This document shows positions 61,724 to 64,000 of a DNA stretch of 64,000 nt, piece after piece; the first letter of the stretch is position 1; the number at the start of each line of letters is the position of its first letter. The stretch is from an uncultured Gemmatimonadaceae bacterium (GTDB lineage Bacteria > Gemmatimonadota > Gemmatimonadetes > Gemmatimonadales > Gemmatimonadaceae), in the NCBI GenBank assembly GCA_963716745.1, contig OY970320.1, positions 2,496,001 through 2,560,000 of the forward strand, in the 5' to 3' direction. Below the pieces are notes generated by a model, which did no database searches, was not told where the DNA came from, and was given only the letters and a program-made list of their open reading frames with translations. A program made the position numbers and the translations under genes.

Positions 61724-61804
61724 TAACAGCGCGTCTGGTCGTTGACGTGTAGCAACTGCGAACAGCGGCCGTTGCCACACGTCAACGACCAGACGCGCCG
61801 TTAT
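61723..61804. terminator. 34-bp inverted repeat between convergent genes (probable bidirectional terminator)
   Basis: ATAACAGCGCGTCTGGTCGTTGACGTGTAGCAAC / GTTGCCACACGTCAACGACCAGACGCGCCGTTAT, 2 mismatches. Confidence 0.7.
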
Positions 61805-62061
61805 AGCTTCATCCTCAACCACCGCCGCCCGACGTACACTCCCGCGCCAAGCAACGCCGCCTGTCCGAAGAATTGCACCAACCCGAACGGCGTCGGCCCG
61901 TACGGCCCGCCGCCCCTCTCCTCGATCGCACGCTCGCGCGACGGCCAGCCCGCGATCTTGATCGTGACGAGCCACACGAGCGCGCATGCCGCGATGATCA
62001 TCGCGCTGCGTGCCAACCCCTCGGGCCACGACGGCGCGAGCCTCACCCCGCCCTTACTCAT
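61801..62061 (-). CDS. Small two-TM hypothetical protein
   Basis: 86 aa with two hydrophobic segments, GGAGG SD, overlapping the upstream gene. Confidence 0.6.
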   Translation of the reverse strand: MSKGGVRLAPSWPEGLARSAMIIAACALVWLVTIKIAGWPSRERAIEERGGGPYGPTPFGLVQFFGQAALLGAGVYVGRRWLRMKL

Positions 62062-62535
62062 CGCTCGCCTCCATCTCCTCCGCGGTGAACGCGCGACGCC
62101 GGAGCGCCGCGAGCACCCACCCCCAGTTCATCGCGAATGCAGCCCGACCGCCACGAATAGCACGTTCGACGTCGAGTCATGCAGCTCGAACCAGTCCCCG
62201 TCATAGATCGTGGGCATGCCCGCCCATGGAAGCACGACGCGCGACACCATGATCCCCGAGACGATCACCAGCACCATCGCGAGGAAGAGTCCGACATTGA
62301 TCGCGTAGTTGATGCGCGTGCGCAGGCTGCCGTTCGCGAACAGGCGCTTCGCCTTCGAGATGATCCAGTGCCACGAGAGCAGCATGTGCAGCAACAGCGG
62401 CACGGCGATCGCGATGCCGATGATCTCGTGTGCCGCGACGCCCGTGATCCGCGGCGACTGGATGAGCAGGAAGAGCAGCAGGAGCAGGACGTCGAGCCAG
62501 AGCGCGAAGGCGGTACGGGACATGGGCATCGTCAC
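62054..62535 (-). CDS. DUF4405/cytochrome b-like membrane protein (frameshifted 3' end)
   Basis: HEIIG, HMLLSWHWI, SGI, LHD, GLH, with His residues in TM helices. Confidence 0.7.
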
Positions 62536-62575
62536 TATGTACGCACCACAGCGGCGCCGTGATGCAACGGCTCGC

Positions 62576-63853
62576 TCAGCCTTTCACCCGCACCAGCGCA
62601 TAGTCGCGCGCGCCCTTCTTGAGCAACAGGTGCCGGCCCGCGAGCATCGCGCTCGTCGCGATCGCCTTGTCCTCCGCCGCCAGGCGCTTGCCATTCACCG
62701 AGAGCCCGCCCTGCTCGAGCAACCGCTTCGCCGCGCCCTTGCTCGCCGCGAGCTTCGCTGTCACGAACAGCTCCGACGTCTCGAGCGAGCCGTCGGCCGG
62801 CGCGCCGATCTCCACGAACGGCACTTCCTCCGCGAGCGCCGCGAGCGCCGCGGCGGACAACGACCCCGCGTCACCCTTCCCGAACAGCAGCGTCGAGACT
62901 TCCACCGCCGCACGCGCCGCGTCGGCGCCATGCACGCGCGCCGTCACCTCGAGCGCGAGCGCCTGCTGCGCCTCGCGCTTCTCGGGCCGCGCGGCGATCG
63001 CGCCCTCGAGCGACTCGATCTCCGCGCGCGGCAAGAGCGTGAAGAACCGCAGGAACCGCCCCGCATCACGGTCGTCCGCGTTCACCCAGTATTGGTAGAA
63101 GCGGTACGGGCTCGTTTCCCTGGCATCCAGGAATACCGCGCCCGATTCGGTCTTACCGAATTTCGTGCCCGTCGCCGTGGTCACCAGCGGCATCGTGAGC
63201 GCATGCGCTTCATGTCCATCCACGCGCCGGATCAGTTCGATCCCCGCCGTGATGTTCCCCCACTGATCGCTCCCGCCGATCTGCAGCGTGCATCCTTCGC
63301 GCCGGTGCAGCTGCAGATAGTCATACGCCTGCAGCAGCATGTAGCTGAACTCGGTGTACGAGATGCCGCCCTCGAGACGCGACTTCACTGAGTCTTTCGC
63401 CATCATGTAGTTGATCGTGAAGTGCTTCCCCACGTCGCGCATGAACTCCACGGCCTTGAGCGGCAGCAGCCATTCCGCGTTGTCGCGCATGAGCGCGCCG
63501 CTCTTCCCCGGCGAGAAATCCAGGAATCGCGCGAGCTGACCCCGGATCGCGTCGGAGTTCGCTCTCACCACCTCGGGCGTATTCAACTGCCGCTCGGCCG
63601 TCTTGCCGCTCGGGTCGCCGATCATCCCCGTTCCTCCGCCGACCAGCGCGATCGGCCGGTGCCCGCTGCGCTGCAAGTGCGCCAGCACCATCACCGGCAC
63701 CAGATTCCCCACGTGCAAGCTCGGCGCGCTCGGATCGAATCCGCAGTACGCCGTCACGGTGCCCGCCTGCAGCGCCGCGCCGAGCGTCTCCGTATTCTGG
63801 TACAGCAGCCCGCGCCACGTGAGCTCGTCGAGTAGCGAATCCTTGGCCGTCAT
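62576..63853 (-). CDS. tyrS: Tyrosine--tRNA ligase
   Basis: YCGFDPSAPSLHVGN, QIGGSDQWGNI, KFGKT, C-terminal S4 domain. Confidence 0.97.
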   Translation of the reverse strand: MTAKDSLLDELTWRGLLYQNTETLGAALQAGTVTAYCGFDPSAPSLHVGNLVPVMVLAHLQRSGHRPIALVGGGTGMIGDPSGKTAERQLNTPEVVRANSDAIRGQLARFLDFSPGKSGALMRDNAEWLLPLKAVEFMRDVGKHFTINYMMAKDSVKSRLEGGISYTEFSYMLLQAYDYLQLHRREGCTLQIGGSDQWGNITAGIELIRRVDGHEAHALTMPLVTTATGTKFGKTESGAVFLDARETSPYRFYQYWVNADDRDAGRFLRFFTLLPRAEIESLEGAIAARPEKREAQQALALEVTARVHGADAARAAVEVSTLLFGKGDAGSLSAAALAALAEEVPFVEIGAPADGSLETSELFVTAKLAASKGAAKRLLEQGGLSVNGKRLAAEDKAIATSAMLAGRHLLLKKGARDYALVRVKG

Positions 63854-63930
63854 GCGACAAACATAGAGCGCCGCTGGCGTGCTGTCATCTCGCGCGCCTC
63901 GCGGCCCGTGGATAGTTTCCGTTGCAGTCG

Positions 63931-63951
63931 CGCTTCCCGCTTCCCGCTTCC
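63931..63951. repeat. Tandem heptamer (CGCTTCC)x3
   Basis: Read directly. Confidence 0.75.
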
Positions 63952-63965
63952 CTCGTGCCGTCGCA

Positions 63966-63993
63966 TTGACCCGTAATCCGCTCCGTTTATCCT
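63966..63993 (+). promoter_or_regulatory. Putative promoter TTGACC-16-TATCCT for a gene beyond the window
   Basis: Same hexamers as the promoter at 4302-4330. Confidence 0.5.
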
Positions 63994-64000
63994 TCTGGCG

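Noticed and set aside
59812..61804. CRISPR-Cas locus around the cas4-like genes
   Set aside because: No repeat-spacer array, cas1, cas2 or effector genes are in the window. The nearby repeats are inverted, not spaced direct repeats.
63854..64000. T-box leader for tyrS
   Set aside because: No T-box consensus was seen, and a -10 hexamer 6 nt before the ATG suggests a leaderless transcript.

Overview
GC-rich bacterial chromosomal window of about 60 genes, mostly core content. Gene order and content suggest Gemmatimonadota or a related diderm (inference only). It holds a glcDEF-like oxidase, a sigma-70 factor, a Hanks kinase-pduO-aroB unit, FNR, REC-GGDEF, tamAB, a PAS hybrid kinase, a TonB receptor and a small accessory patch (25-35 kb). 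A long minus-strand cluster runs yebC-ruvC-ruvA-aminotransferase-ruvB-GWxTD-queA-tgt-yajC-def-fmt-thiE/tenI-rsmB-PASTA-rpe-tlpA-ybbR-tsaD-lgt. The right end has a truncated DnaB-like ATPase, porX-like-msbA-lpxL and tyrS. About 15 genes carry single-base frameshifts, most likely assembly indels, which create several false fusions in the ORF track. The best candidate novel system is a CRISPR-independent Cas4-like nuclease split into two translationally coupled genes (59812-60578), each with a predicted membrane helix at the split point and with the Fe-S cysteines divided 1+3. It sits inside a coupled porX-like/msbA/lpxL/class-V PLP enzyme operon. Also notable are several families of periodic (6/7/9-mer) long intergenic hairpins, widespread TANNNT-N6-start leaderless architecture, and a hidden 4xCxxC microprotein. 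No CRISPR array, rRNA, tRNA or transposase was seen.
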